From a bacterium (GTDB taxonomy: Bacteria > Electryoneota > JAOADG01): a DNA stretch of 64,000 bases. The stretch covers positions 2,912,001 through 2,976,000 of the forward strand of contig OY820579.1 of assembly GCA_963681965.1 (NCBI GenBank). Reading direction: 5' to 3'. Under the pieces are notes generated by a model. That model saw nothing but the letters and a program-made list of their open reading frames with translations. It was not told the origin of the DNA and searched no databases. The position numbers and the translations under genes were made by a program. Numbering within the stretch: the stretch's first letter is position 1; every line of letters begins with the position of its first letter. Shown here piece by piece: positions 1 through 10,881 of the stretch.

Positions 1-1511
1 GCATTCGACGCGACTGGATTTGTCCAACCCGATACCGGGCTGTAGTTAACCGATCGCGCAGCCGCATTCTCGGCGTATACCCGGAATAAATATTGAACGC
101 TGGGTGAAAGACCGGTGAAAGTGTGCGTTGTCGTATTTGCAGCAGCAGTAGTAGCTAATACATAGCCGGTATCGCCTGCGGCTTTCATATAAATCGGGAA
201 ACCTGTTTCATTATTTGAATTGTCAACCCAGTTGATGGTTAGGGCACTCGATGTCGGAGCTGGATTTGTTGAGATTGCTGCATTCGACGGCGGTGTCGGT
301 GCGGAACCGGTACCGGTAGTAAAGCTCCAAACCGGACTGGAAGTTGACTGCGACGAATCGGCATTAAATGCGACCACTTGCCAGTAATAGGTCGTGCTAG
401 CCGATAATGTCGGGGTATAAGAAGTAGTTGTTAAATGTGTACCGAGTTGCGCAACGGGCGGATTTTCGGTATCGAAGAATAAATTGTAAAAATCGGCTTG
501 CGCAGCGGGATCCCAACCGAGCGAGGAATTGGTGGGGACGCCTGTTGAAGCATTCGCCGGTGTCGGATTCGCAACCGTACCGAGCCGATAAATCAAAATA
601 GCACGATTGGCAGTAAGTAAACTGTTTGGATTCGCATTGTAAGTCATCTGTAATCCAACAGTTCCAGTAGTATTTTGACAACCGACAGTGCATAGTGTCG
701 ATGCAGCAGTCGGAGCCAGCGAGTACTGCATTTTAATTGTACCATTTGGGTAGAGAATTACCTGAAAACGAATGATTTCAGTTCCGCTCAACTGAGTTGT
801 ATTAATCCAGCTGCAAATAAACGCTGTATCGGATGACAAATATTGGATTGCGTTTGTAGATGCAGAGAGATCATCCCACCAAGCAAAAATGGCACCTCGA
901 GGTGCGCCGCCATACTGGTTAGTATCGGCAGTTGGAAGTGCCGTATTTGTATACCAACCTCCTGCAATCGATGAATATCGTGGAAGGAACGATAACCATC
1001 CATTGGTGCTGATATAACAGCTAGTGTAATTATTTCCGTAATATGGAAATGTAAATCCTAATGATACAGCGCCAGTAGTTTGATCATCACCACTCGGTCC
1101 TGCAGTACCAGTTATGGTAATCCAAGAATAAGTCGGACCGCCGGTTTCACGATCATCCATCCAGCGATAACCCATCGAGTCGGGACCACCGAATGCATCG
1201 GTAGCAGGTGTCGAAGGGATGAAAGAATTGGGATGACGAGCGTGCATGATCGCATCAAGGTAGGGTGACACAAACGCCTTGATATCTGGCGTCATCTGCC
1301 GCTCTCCCCGGTAGATCTGCTCTGCTAACTCGCGAGCGTACCGTTCCTGATCGGGGGTTAGGTTCGGATTCGTCGCAATTGGCACGACCGAGGCTCCCGG
1401 CAGGATGGGTTTGTTTCTGTTTTCCAACGCAGCAAATGCTTGAGTGGAGATTAGTGCAATGAGCACAAAGATCACCCACCAAACAGTTTGCCTCGACCTC
1501 AAATTATGCAT
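1..1511 (-). CDS. Large secreted protein (signal peptide, NIDO-like domain, fibronectin type III repeats); runs off the left edge of the window
   Basis: Absent from the ORF track because there is no stop in the window. ATG at 1511 with GGAGG RBS; reads MHNLRSRQTVWWVIFVLIALISTQAFA...GGPDSMGYRW...LGFTFPYYGNNY...ISTNGWLSF...IFAWWDDL...FQVILYPNGTIKMQY, and in the same frame at the edge FN3-like LTINWVDNSNNETGF...GLSPSVQYLFRVYAEN. Confidence 0.85.
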   Translation of the reverse strand, partial: MHNLRSRQTVWWVIFVLIALISTQAFAALENRNKPILPGASVVPIATNPNLTPDQERYARELAEQIYRGERQMTPDIKAFVSPYLDAIMHARHPNSFIPSTPATDAFGGPDSMGYRWMDDRETGGPTYSWITITGTAGPSGDDQTTGAVSLGFTFPYYGNNYTSCYISTNGWLSFLPRYSSIAGGWYTNTALPTADTNQYGGAPRGAIFAWWDDLSASTNAIQYLSSDTAFICSWINTTQLSGTEIIRFQVILYPNGTIKMQYSLAPTAASTLCTVGCQNTTGTVGLQMTYNANPNSLLTANRAILIYRLGTVANPTPANASTGVPTNSSLGWDPAAQADFYNLFFDTENPPVAQLGTHLTTTSYTPTLSASTTYYWQVVAFNADSSQSTSSPVWSFTTGTGSAPTPPSNAAISTNPAPTSSALTINWVDNSNNETGFPIYMKAAGDTGYVLATTAAANTTTHTFTGLSPSVQYLFRVYAENAAARSVNYSPVSGWTNPVASN

Positions 1512-2330
1512 GATTACCTCCGCAGTAACATTCATCTAAAAATGCGACTGTTCATCGCATGGTGTTTTATTGAAGAAAACGAGACGAAGTTGATTGACTC
1601 TTGGCGAGCAGTACGGGAAGCAAATCTAGATGGTGAAAACATCTAACTTGCAGAATGTAGAGCAATCTTCGGGAAATGACAATCCATTTTCAATTAAAAC
1701 TCATTTTTTTGAGTTCAGTTTCTTATTTACGATTTATCTTATTGATATAGATATACTTCGGTGGCGTTGTGTCAAATCGGAAAGACAGCAGGATTTGCTT
1801 TTCTAGGCAATTTTCAATTGTAAATGACAATTACCGATTTTTCTTCGAGTTCGTTAATCTCGAAAGCACTAGTACGCATTGAATCAGGTCGATTTTTTAG
1901 GAAACATTAGTAAATCTTGATCCTCTGAGAGATTGTTTCCATTTCACCCGCTTTCTATCTATTGGTTAGGATATCGATTTTGACTTTGAAGTTCATACGA
2001 TGCTAAATTTTCATTGAAAGTAAATTCAATTTTAACTATTAGATAGCACTCCGATTGAGTTGAAATTGGCATCGATGATTTTGGAATATTCGAGTAAAAG
2101 AATTTCATATTTTCAGAGTTGTGATAGTAATCACTCATTTATTGTTATCTATATTACAATATATTATCTTATATCATGTTGTTTTAATTAGTTATTTTTA
2201 ATTTAAGCAAAAATAAATACTACTACTTGTGGAAGCTATTCTCTTTCCACCCGATATTATTAGAATTGGAAGAATACACCCTTGAATATTAAACAATTGA
2301 AGAAAGAAAACTCTATTACTGCTATTTACC

Positions 2331-2362
2331 AAAAAAAAAGGGGTAGACCAAAGGTCTACCCC
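2331..2362 (-). terminator. Intrinsic terminator downstream of the M6 protease gene
   Basis: Perfect hairpin GGGGTAGACC-AAA-GGTCTACCCC followed by a T-run on the minus strand. Confidence 0.8.
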
Positions 2363-2380
2363 AATTGTACTTCCGACAGA

Positions 2381-5300
2381 TTATTTGATGAGTAATAGCG
2401 GTTGTTTCTTGATAATGTTGTTCACTTCCATTATGGCAAAGTAAGATCCACTTGATACTCGCTTTGCTTCCCATCTTGTAGTGTAATAACCCGGTCGGAA
2501 CGATTGTTCCAATAACGTCGCTATCGTTTGACCATTAGCATTGATAATCCGAATTCTGACATTTCCCTGGTGAGGTACACCGAATCGAATTGTGGTTGAA
2601 TTATTGAATGGGTTCGGATAACTAGGTAGCAATTGATACTCAGTGGGAATTCCCGACATTTCATTCAACACAACCCCATTTCCCTGAATGAGAGTAAAAT
2701 TCGTGTCAGAAATATCGATGTTCGACAGATCGGTTGATCGAATCCGGATTCGAGCATTCAGAGTACCCTCTGATGCAGTAGCTGTCCAGATTTCTGAACC
2801 GTCATTCGGTGTATTGCTGATGATTGTTTCCCACTGACCATTCGGATAGGAGCGGTTCAAATCGATACTCAATTGAGTAGCTGCAATTCCGTTGCCAGCC
2901 CACCGAATAGTGACATGATCGCCACCAGTGAAATACTCTCCACCATTCGGAGCAATAATTCGGAGATCGCGAATTGTAAAAGTCGAATCGGTCACATCCG
3001 TTAATCCACCTGTGATGGTAGTAATCCGCATTCTGGCGTTGTTCGTCATCGGTCCGGTGACCAGCCATGAATAACTACCGCTATTCGCTATGCTGTCAAC
3101 GATCGTACCCCACGTACCGGACGGGTAATTCCGGTTTAATTGAATTCGGATTAAACTGGCATTGCCGTGCGGTAACCAAGTGATATTGGTTCGACTACCC
3201 GCGGTAAGAGTATCGAGTATGTTCGGTGCAGTTAATACCGGAGTACCAATCGAAATCGAGAAATTGGCAGTACCGACCGCGGTATTCAAGTTGTTAGAAG
3301 AGCGAATTCGAATTCGTGCCGTTTGCGTTACCGGTCCTGTCACTAACCATTGGTATGCACCGTTATTGGTAGCATTTTGAGCAATCGATTCCCATGTTCC
3401 ACTGGGATAGGTTCGATTTAATTCAATGATTAATGGTTGAGTGGTCGAATTCACATTCCAAACGATCGACTCGGTATTACCGATAAACCAGTTTGCGCCT
3501 CCGATCGGTGCCGTAAGGCGAATATCGTTAATCAAGAAATTACCATCGGAAGTATCGATCAAACCGGAAACTAACGAAATCAATCGAATTCGCGCGGTAG
3601 TGGTATTGGGACCACTAATCTGCCAATTCCAACTTCCATTGTTTGGGATACTATCTGCTAAAGTGGTCCAGGAAGTGCTAGGATAACTTCGATTCAACTG
3701 AAGTCGAACATAACCGGGTAGTCCAGCAGTTGTCCAAGTAATCGCACGTGTGGTTCCAGCAACGACGACATCTGAAGAGTAGGGGAAGCCCAATGCCGGA
3801 TTAGTATAATGAATTGTAAAATTGCTATCCGAAACATCAAAACATCGGTTGTTAGCTGTACGGATGCGAATTCGCGCAGACTGAGTGGCAGTTCCACTCG
3901 TGGTCCAGTTATGCCATCCGGAATTCGTTACGTTGGTGAATAGACTCTCCCAAGTTCCCGTGGGATAATTTCGATTTAGCTCAATCGTTACCGGTAAAGT
4001 CGTAGTTGTAGAATCCCAGAAAATCTGGTGTATTGTTCCGGTAGCCCAATCTTCATGACCGTTCGGAACATAGACTACGATATCGCGGATGGAAAATTCA
4101 TACCCCGACATACTAACGACATTACCCGGAATAGTAACAATTCTTACGCGTCCCGAAACCGCACGTGGTCCATTGATCGACCAATTCCATCGTCCATTGT
4201 TTGGCAAACTATCAGCCAACCTCTCCCAAGTTCCGGTCGGATAACTTCGATTAAGTTCGATCCGGATTAAATCAGTGTTTCCGTTACTCACCCATGTGAC
4301 AACGGTATCTCGTCCTGCTGTAAGTAATTCCCCACCGACCGGGAAAGAGATCCGTGGAGTACCTGCAGTGATTGAAAAATTTGAATCAGAAATATCGAAA
4401 TTTCGCCCGTTTGCGGAACGAATCCGAATTCTAGAATTAGTGGATGCTGGTCCAACAACTGTCCACGACTCCCAGCCATCGTTTGTCGTATTCGTATATA
4501 GTTGTTCCCAAGATCCAGCGGGATAATTCCGATTTAGTTCAATCGTCATCGGAACATTGACAATAGTGGAATCCCAGAAAATCATCTGTTGTGTTCCGAT
4601 TACCCAATTCTCTCGTCCATTCGGTGCGTAGACTGAGAGATCACGAATTCGGAAATTATTATCCGATATACACGATAAGTGACTGGTGAGAGTTGACAAT
4701 CGAACTCGCGATTGAGGCGATAAGGGACCACTGATCTGCCAATTCCATCTTCCAGTATTTGTAACACTGTCAGCTAATAATTCCCATGTTCCACTGGGAT
4801 AATTGCGGTTGAGTTCCAATCGAACTAATTCCGAGTTGCCATTATTTACCCATGTAATAACCGAATCTTGACCAGCAGTAAGTAATTCATAACCAACTGG
4901 AAATGTTAGCCGAGGTACACCATTAACAATTGTGAAATTCGCTTCAGAAGTTGCGATGTTTCGACTATTTGAAGATCGAACACGAATTCTCGCGATCGAA
5001 GACGAAGGTCCGGTTACAGTCCAGAATCGCCAACCACTATTAACGGCATTCGTGATGATCGTTTCCCACGTACCATTCGGGTAATTTCGATTGATATCAA
5101 TCGTCATTGGAACATTCACAATAGATGAATCCCATGAGATCAATTGTTGTGAACCGATCGTCCAGTTTTCTCCGCCATTCGGGGTATATAATGCTACATC
5201 TCGAATGGTGAAATTGCTATAGGTTACGCCGGTATAGCCACTATCGGAAGTGGTAAGACGGAGTCTCGCACTAGTGGTTCTCGGTCCAGCAACATTCCAG

Positions 5301-7969
5301 CTCCAACTACCATTGTTCGCAGCGGCAGCGACTAATGTAGCCCAAGAACCGATTGGATAATTACGGTTGATTTGGATTCGCACAGTCCCAGTTGATCCAT
5401 TGGGATTCCAGGTAACTGTCTGAGTCGTACCTGCGGTAAACGATTCACCACCAGCCGGGAAAATAAAAGTGGGGTCAGTGGATATGACGGTAAAATTGGT
5501 GTCAGATTCATCCAAATTGTTCGAATTCCCGGTTCGAACGCGAATACGTGCAACAGAAGTTGTGGGTCCGGTTACAGTCCAAGCAATTGTTCCGGTATTG
5601 GCGATATTCGTAAACAGTGGTTCCCATGATCCGCTGGGATAACTTCGATTAATATCGATCGAGACTGAATCGGTACATCCGTTTGCATTCCAAGTAATCT
5701 GATGAGAGGATCCAGAATTCCAAGTAACGGCACTGTTTGGCGAGGTAATTGCCATGGTTCTGATAATGAAACTCGTGTCGGAGATATCGTTACTGGAACC
5801 GGGAGTATTGGTAACTCGAATACGCGCATTGGAAGTTGCAGGTCCATTTACAACCCACGACCACGATCCTGTATTGGGAATACTCGTAACCAGAGTCTGC
5901 CACACACCATTGGGATAATCGCGATTGATCGAGATTCGAGCATTGCCAGTACCACTGTTGGGATTCCAGGAAACTTCGTGAGTAGTATTTGCAATCCAAT
6001 TCTCGCCACCATTGGGAATCAAGACAGTAGGAACTGGATAGATGATCGACATATTTCCGCTAGAGTAGGCAATATTAGCGCTATTTTGCGATCGAACGCG
6101 AACGCGCGCTGTAGTCGATATCGGACCAGTAACAGTCCAAACTTCCCACCCGTCATTGACCGTGTTCGTTGCAATGGTATCCCAATTGCCCGAAGGATAA
6201 TCACGATTGATTTCAATTGTCATCAGTTGGGTATTGATTGTTGCATCCCAGGTTATTGCATGTGCCGAACCGATCGACCATACATCACCAGCGGCAGGGG
6301 CGTATAATACAACATCGCGAATGGTGAAGACCGCAGCCGATTGACCACCAACTGATATATCAGTCGCAACCACTTTTATTTTTGCTGTTGTCGACATCGG
6401 TCCAGTTACTAACCAATCGTATTGACCAGTCGCAACGGGAATATTGGTTGCGATTGTTTCCCAAGCGCCACCGCTAGCACGTTGAATCGCGATATTTACG
6501 TTACCGTTATAATTATCCGATGCCCATTCGATAGTCTGTTGAGTATTCGCGGTAAAAATCTCACCCCCGGTTGGATACACGACGACTATCGCAGATTGAC
6601 TGGAGTTTGTCGACAAAGTCGCAGTCATCGTATTTCCGGAATTGGAAATATTGGTGACCATCACCTGAGTATTCACACCGTGATAACTTGAAGTGTTCGG
6701 TGTCGACATCTGACTAAATGATCGATTATTGGTCGATCCCGGCCAGGGATCGCCACTGTTACCGCTACTTTGGTCACGTTCTAATTCATACAATCCATCG
6801 GCTTGTTCCAATGCCACGCGATAGTGTCCACTGTCACTGTAGGTTGGATACCATTCATGATCGTCTTGAGATGTGACAGTTGTGTCGATGTGATAGATCA
6901 ATAAACCAGAGCCGGGCAAAGTAGTATCGTATCCCATCAATTGACGATTCTCGATCAGATAGTACTCCGGATCGTTCACATCTTGCGATCTTAGCATAAA
7001 TGTTGTCGCAGTGTTCTCGATAGCGGGAATAGATAGATTATTTGACGTCCCATAAATTTCAGTCGGAATCACCAAACCGGCAACATACCGGCTGTAAGCA
7101 TCGAAGTATGCTGGCGAGTTTCCCAAATTACCATTCCAACTACCACCAGCCATTAACGACCAACGACCAAGACCCCGTGATGTGTAGTCGCGATCATACC
7201 AATCCGGTACTCCAAAAACTGCGTGTCCCATTTCGTGTGCATACACACCACAGGTCATATCGCTGCTGTATTCCCAAAATTCCGGTTCGATTGAATAGTT
7301 TCGGACACGAACGCCATCGACCAATCGCGGTGTAATGTTCCAAGCATGAGACCAGATATCGGTACTATCGCCGGAGCTTTCGGCTCCCGTACCGGAGTGG
7401 ACGATGAAGAGACCGTCAACGTAACCATTCCCATCGTGATCGTAGAGTGCAAAATTGATGCGTGCATTGATTGAATCGACGATATCTTCGACCAGTGCCT
7501 GCGAATTGTTCGGATAAGCTCCAGTTCCATGATCGGTTCCGACGTAATAGGAATAAGGCATCGGTGCGCGGATCCAACCAATCGAACTCGGTAGGTTTTG
7601 AGTTTGAATTCGCAAGTTCCCGTAAGTTGCTGAACGCCAATAATGGTGCAACGATCCACGAGTAGTATCGAACATCAGATGGTCGAAGTAGGATGCCGGT
7701 GTTTGATGAACCTGATCGCTGAAATCAACCAAAACGACGAGAATATTGAAATAGACTTCGTCAGTAGCACTGGTCATTCCGACTCGATTTGGGGCATCGA
7801 CTCCCCGTGCCATCCGCTCCCGAATTTGTTGAGGTGTTCCCAGAGGATTAGGTAATCCTGCTCGGATTCGTGCTTCCAGTGCCGGACTCGGTGGCATCGC
7901 CGAGACTGTGGCTACAACCAGAATCACGAGTGAAAGGAGAGTGATGAAACGTAGAATAAGTCGATGCAT
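2381..7969 (-). CDS. M6 family (immune inhibitor A-like) metalloprotease with 14 Ig-like ~93-aa repeats and a T9SS-type C-terminal domain
   Basis: Signal peptide; LVDFSD, DGNGYVDGLFIVHSG, zinc motif HEMGH, WSLMAGGSW, EYYLIENRQ; repeated NRxYPxGxW units; C-terminal YPNPFN...LLLIK. Likely start ATG 7969 (GGAG RBS). Confidence 0.9.
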   Translation of the reverse strand: MHRLILRFITLLSLVILVVATVSAMPPSPALEARIRAGLPNPLGTPQQIRERMARGVDAPNRVGMTSATDEVYFNILVVLVDFSDQVHQTPASYFDHLMFDTTRGSLHHYWRSATYGNLRIQTQNLPSSIGWIRAPMPYSYYVGTDHGTGAYPNNSQALVEDIVDSINARINFALYDHDGNGYVDGLFIVHSGTGAESSGDSTDIWSHAWNITPRLVDGVRVRNYSIEPEFWEYSSDMTCGVYAHEMGHAVFGVPDWYDRDYTSRGLGRWSLMAGGSWNGNLGNSPAYFDAYSRYVAGLVIPTEIYGTSNNLSIPAIENTATTFMLRSQDVNDPEYYLIENRQLMGYDTTLPGSGLLIYHIDTTVTSQDDHEWYPTYSDSGHYRVALEQADGLYELERDQSSGNSGDPWPGSTNNRSFSQMSTPNTSSYHGVNTQVMVTNISNSGNTMTATLSTNSSQSAIVVVYPTGGEIFTANTQQTIEWASDNYNGNVNIAIQRASGGAWETIATNIPVATGQYDWLVTGPMSTTAKIKVVATDISVGGQSAAVFTIRDVVLYAPAAGDVWSIGSAHAITWDATINTQLMTIEINRDYPSGNWDTIATNTVNDGWEVWTVTGPISTTARVRVRSQNSANIAYSSGNMSIIYPVPTVLIPNGGENWIANTTHEVSWNPNSGTGNARISINRDYPNGVWQTLVTSIPNTGSWSWVVNGPATSNARIRVTNTPGSSNDISDTSFIIRTMAITSPNSAVTWNSGSSHQITWNANGCTDSVSIDINRSYPSGSWEPLFTNIANTGTIAWTVTGPTTSVARIRVRTGNSNNLDESDTNFTVISTDPTFIFPAGGESFTAGTTQTVTWNPNGSTGTVRIQINRNYPIGSWATLVAAAANNGSWSWNVAGPRTTSARLRLTTSDSGYTGVTYSNFTIRDVALYTPNGGENWTIGSQQLISWDSSIVNVPMTIDINRNYPNGTWETIITNAVNSGWRFWTVTGPSSSIARIRVRSSNSRNIATSEANFTIVNGVPRLTFPVGYELLTAGQDSVITWVNNGNSELVRLELNRNYPSGTWELLADSVTNTGRWNWQISGPLSPQSRVRLSTLTSHLSCISDNNFRIRDLSVYAPNGRENWVIGTQQMIFWDSTIVNVPMTIELNRNYPAGSWEQLYTNTTNDGWESWTVVGPASTNSRIRIRSANGRNFDISDSNFSITAGTPRISFPVGGELLTAGRDTVVTWVSNGNTDLIRIELNRSYPTGTWERLADSLPNNGRWNWSINGPRAVSGRVRIVTIPGNVVSMSGYEFSIRDIVVYVPNGHEDWATGTIHQIFWDSTTTTLPVTIELNRNYPTGTWESLFTNVTNSGWHNWTTSGTATQSARIRIRTANNRCFDVSDSNFTIHYTNPALGFPYSSDVVVAGTTRAITWTTAGLPGYVRLQLNRSYPSTSWTTLADSIPNNGSWNWQISGPNTTTARIRLISLVSGLIDTSDGNFLINDIRLTAPIGGANWFIGNTESIVWNVNSTTQPLIIELNRTYPSGTWESIAQNATNNGAYQWLVTGPVTQTARIRIRSSNNLNTAVGTANFSISIGTPVLTAPNILDTLTAGSRTNITWLPHGNASLIRIQLNRNYPSGTWGTIVDSIANSGSYSWLVTGPMTNNARMRITTITGGLTDVTDSTFTIRDLRIIAPNGGEYFTGGDHVTIRWAGNGIAATQLSIDLNRSYPNGQWETIISNTPNDGSEIWTATASEGTLNARIRIRSTDLSNIDISDTNFTLIQGNGVVLNEMSGIPTEYQLLPSYPNPFNNSTTIRFGVPHQGNVRIRIINANGQTIATLLEQSFRPGYYTTRWEAKRVSSGSYFAIMEVNNIIKKQPLLLIK

Positions 7970-8248
7970 AGCTAGCTCCACGAGCGTAAAATCAATGAGT
8001 TAATGCCTATTCCAAACCAAAGTACTCAATATAGATAAAAAGTGTCCGTTTTTTAAACAGATTCGTGCTGAAAACGTAATCGACCGGGTGATCGATGACA
8101 CTGATTGGAGGAAGAAAGAGGCGTGGGGGTTTAAGAGAATACGAAACCGGTTGAAAGTCTTTTTTCAATAAAAAGATGTAATAGTGACTTAAAACAATAT
8201 CTTTAATATTGTTATTTATGGAAATACAATGTGATATAAAGCATTATT

Positions 8249-8404
8249 TCACTTCCCCTGCAATCCTTTCCGAATCGTCTTCTTAAATGAACCGATCACC
8301 GATGCGTGGGTGTAGGGCTTGGTTTTATCAACTGGAGTAAATTTACCGGAACCGGTTTCATGACCTTTCGGGGTTTTTGCACCACCACTTTTCTTCGTAG
8401 CCAT
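8249..8404 (-). CDS. Small basic protein, 51 aa (MATKKSGGAKTPKGHETGSGKFTPVDKTKPYTHASVIGSFKKTIRKGLQGK)
   Basis: ATG at 8404 preceded by GAGG RBS, TGA at 8249-8251; below the ORF-track length cutoff; Lys/Gly-rich. Confidence 0.55.
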   Translation of the reverse strand: MATKKSGGAKTPKGHETGSGKFTPVDKTKPYTHASVIGSFKKTIRKGLQGK

Positions 8405-8509
8405 TGTAATCCTCACTCTCTAAATCAAAAATTGTGTTATCGTAACCTATTGATATTTTTCTCTCGAAAATGAGTTGTCATGATTCTGTGTCTGGCTTTG
8501 ACTGACCTG

Positions 8510-8536
8510 CGGGCGGACGTGGGAGTCTGCCCCTAC
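8510..8536 (-). repeat. Isolated GTAG-type REP-like palindrome
   Basis: Minus strand GTAGGGGCAGACTCCCACGTCCGCCCG: GTAG tetranucleotide plus imperfect palindrome, similar to copies at 57392, 57505, 58922 and 59081. Confidence 0.65.
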
Positions 8537-8676
8537 TACCGATGAAAACTTACTATCGAGAACCATTATAACATTCTCAATGTAAAACAGTTTCTGTCCT
8601 AAAAGCGAGACGATTCACAAGAAATATAAAGAAGTATTGAAGTCTCAGTACTGACTTGAGGGATTGATTTCGAATT

Positions 8677-8706
8677 AAAAAAAAAACGCACCGCAATCAC
8701 GGTGCG
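8677..8706 (-). terminator. Intrinsic terminator after secG-tRNA-Leu
   Basis: CGCACCG-loop-CGGTGCG hairpin followed by 10 T on the minus strand. Confidence 0.75.
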
Positions 8707-8720
8707 CTTAGTAAACTTAG

Positions 8721-8804
8721 TGCCGGAGACCGGACTTGAACCGGTATACCCTTTCGAGTGCCACCCCCTCAAGATGGTGTGTCTGCCAATTTCACCACTC
8801 CGGC
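8721..8804 (-). tRNA. tRNA-Leu (GAG)
   Basis: GCCGGAGTGGTGAAATTGGCAGACACACCATCTTGAGGGGGTGGC...GGTTCAAGTCCGGTCTCCGGCA; long variable arm; the secG-tRNA-Leu(GAG) arrangement is widely conserved; CCA not encoded. Confidence 0.95.
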
Positions 8805-8837
8805 GGAAAATCTCAGTTGCTAACGACGGTTAGCGAA

Positions 8838-9167
8838 TTAGCGGTTGTCAGGAACCTTGGGTAATTGATTACCTTGCGAAGAAGTCGGTTTCCGCTTCAA
8901 TTCTTCCTGAACCACAGAAGTTGGTTTATTCGCACCCGATGCGAACACCATGCCGAGACAAACGACAAAAAACAGCGCTGCCAATATCGTTGTCGCTTTG
9001 GAAAGGAAAGTTGCCGTACCGCGACCGCCAAACATGGTCTGCGCAGCACCACCGACGCCGCCGAACGCGCCCGATAAACCGCCACCCTTGGAAGATTGCA
9101 GCAGTACTACCACGATGAGTAGCGCGCAAACAATGACGTGCAGAACGATTAATATTGCGAAGAGCAT
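8838..9167 (-). CDS. secG: Preprotein translocase subunit SecG
   Basis: [16 protein letters not shown]...[18 protein letters not shown] signature; two TM helices. Confidence 0.95.
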   Translation of the reverse strand: MLFAILIVLHVIVCALLIVVVLLQSSKGGGLSGAFGGVGGAAQTMFGGRGTATFLSKATTILAALFFVVCLGMVFASGANKPTSVVQEELKRKPTSSQGNQLPKVPDNR

Positions 9168-9258
9168 GTAAGTGAATCCTTTTCGTTTTCGAAGCCATAC
9201 AAAATATATGCTCGAACCCCATCAAGTCAAGCGCACCCTCCCAGCGTGGTCAGGCACA

Positions 9259-10032
9259 TCACATTGGTCTTACGGTTTTCCGCGCCAACCAGTTTGCTGC
9301 TAAAGCAAATAATATCAATAAAGTAATCCAACTTGCCGCCGGAGAAATCGCAATCGAGTCGCTACTACTGAGCGCTTGATGTGCCCACCCGAGTGGGTTG
9401 AATTTCGCCGCCCACTGTACCCAAACCGGTGAAACCGACAACGGGAGGAAGATTCCCGAGAGAAACAACATCGGAAGTTGGACAAAATTGAGTACCGGAA
9501 TGATTGCGTCTTCGTGTTGCCCGACAAATGTCAAAGCAAACGAGAGCGAGCTGAATGCCAACCCGATAAAAGTGATAACTACGAAAATGACTGCGAAGAA
9601 TTCGAACGTCATTGGTGGTCGCCACCCCATCACAACTGCGGTAATCATCACCACCGATACTTGCCACCAAATCGATACAATCAGTGCCACCGAATACCCC
9701 AGGACGATTGCAGTGCGCGAAATTGGCGAGACCAGTAATCGATTGATGAAACCAGAACGTAGCCGATCCAGCAGCGCCAAACCGCACCATGACGCCGAAA
9801 AGAAACTCCCCATCACCAATAATCCGGGAACAAAAAAGTCAAGATAGGTTCTTGTTCCGAGAAACGACTTCGTCACTTGGTCGGTATATAGTTGAGTATA
9901 GAGGATCAACCACATGATCGGTTCGATCACTTCCATCGCTACCCATACTTTCACGCGAAGCTGTGCCCGTAGACGATCGGCGGCTACTGCCCAGACATCG
10001 TGAAAAAATCGACCGATCGCTATAGTACTCAT
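9259..10032 (-). CDS. ABC-2 type exporter permease (DrrB-like)
   Basis: Six TM segments, YLDFFVPG, LLVSPISR, FLSGIFLP, NPL motifs; overlaps the ATPase gene. Confidence 0.85.
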   Translation of the reverse strand: MSTIAIGRFFHDVWAVAADRLRAQLRVKVWVAMEVIEPIMWLILYTQLYTDQVTKSFLGTRTYLDFFVPGLLVMGSFFSASWCGLALLDRLRSGFINRLLVSPISRTAIVLGYSVALIVSIWWQVSVVMITAVVMGWRPPMTFEFFAVIFVVITFIGLAFSSLSFALTFVGQHEDAIIPVLNFVQLPMLFLSGIFLPLSVSPVWVQWAAKFNPLGWAHQALSSSDSIAISPAASWITLLILFALAANWLARKTVRPM

Positions 10033-10808
10033 TCTTCGTGTTCCTCCGCTAGCGACACTCCGGTATGATGGAGGAAAACATCATCTAAGGTCGGCTCGCG
10101 ATCGATCGATCCTTCCAGACTCTTTTTCAATTCGGTTGGTGTTCCTTCGGATACTAACTTGCCTTGATGGATGATGCCAACCCGATTGCAAATTCGATCC
10201 GCCTCTTCCAAGTAATGAGTCGTTAGTAGAATTGTCATACCACGCGCCTTCACGACCGCCATCAAATGTTGCCACAAATTGCGTCGGAACGGTACATCCA
10301 GTCCAAGTGTCGGTTCATCGAGGAACAACAATTCGGGTCGGTGGAGTAATGCAACTGCAACATCGACTTTTCGTCTCATCCCGCCGGACAGATCCTTCAC
10401 CCGGCGATTCAAAAACGACTCTACATCGAACACTTTCGCCAACTCGATCACCTCATCGTGAATAAAAGGGCGAGTGTGCGGGTAAAGGCTTCCGAACAAT
10501 TGAAAATTTTCTAGTACCGTTGCATATTCATTTAACGACACCGATTGCGCCACGAGTCCAATTTTTGGTCGCAACAATTTTCCTTGAGTAATGGGATTGA
10601 GTCCCAGCACTTCAAGTGTTCCACTAGTGGGTGTTAAGAGTGTTGTTAGAATTCGAACGGCAGTCGATTTTCCAGCGCCATTCAATCCAAGAAGTCCGTA
10701 GATTTCACCGGGTCGGACAGTAAACGAAAGATCGTCCAACGCCGTAACGGCAGGATTACCGCCGCGTTTGGGGTATATTTTACGTAAATTATCTACTCGA
10801 ATTGTCAT
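10029..10808 (-). CDS. ABC exporter ATP-binding protein (DrrA-like)
   Basis: Walker A GLNGAGKS, LSGGM, LFLDEPT, TTHYLEEA, C-terminal PTLDDVFL. Confidence 0.9.
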   Translation of the reverse strand: MTIRVDNLRKIYPKRGGNPAVTALDDLSFTVRPGEIYGLLGLNGAGKSTAVRILTTLLTPTSGTLEVLGLNPITQGKLLRPKIGLVAQSVSLNEYATVLENFQLFGSLYPHTRPFIHDEVIELAKVFDVESFLNRRVKDLSGGMRRKVDVAVALLHRPELLFLDEPTLGLDVPFRRNLWQHLMAVVKARGMTILLTTHYLEEADRICNRVGIIHQGKLVSEGTPTELKKSLEGSIDREPTLDDVFLHHTGVSLAEEHEE

Positions 10809-10881
10809 ATGAATAAAATAGTCCGTCGAGAAGCCGATTCAAAAAAGTCGGTATGTGGAGGAATATCCAACTCAGAGAATA

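Noticed and set aside
397-1482. Short ORF-track entries at 397, 788, 1080 and 1255
   Set aside because: They are alternative-frame shadows of the long minus-strand gene starting at 1511.
1512-2330. Long AT-rich intergenic region as a riboswitch, sRNA or small ORF (e.g. a 34-codon + strand ORF near 1542)
   Set aside because: No recognisable riboswitch consensus and no RBS for the small ORF; most likely promoter or regulatory DNA.
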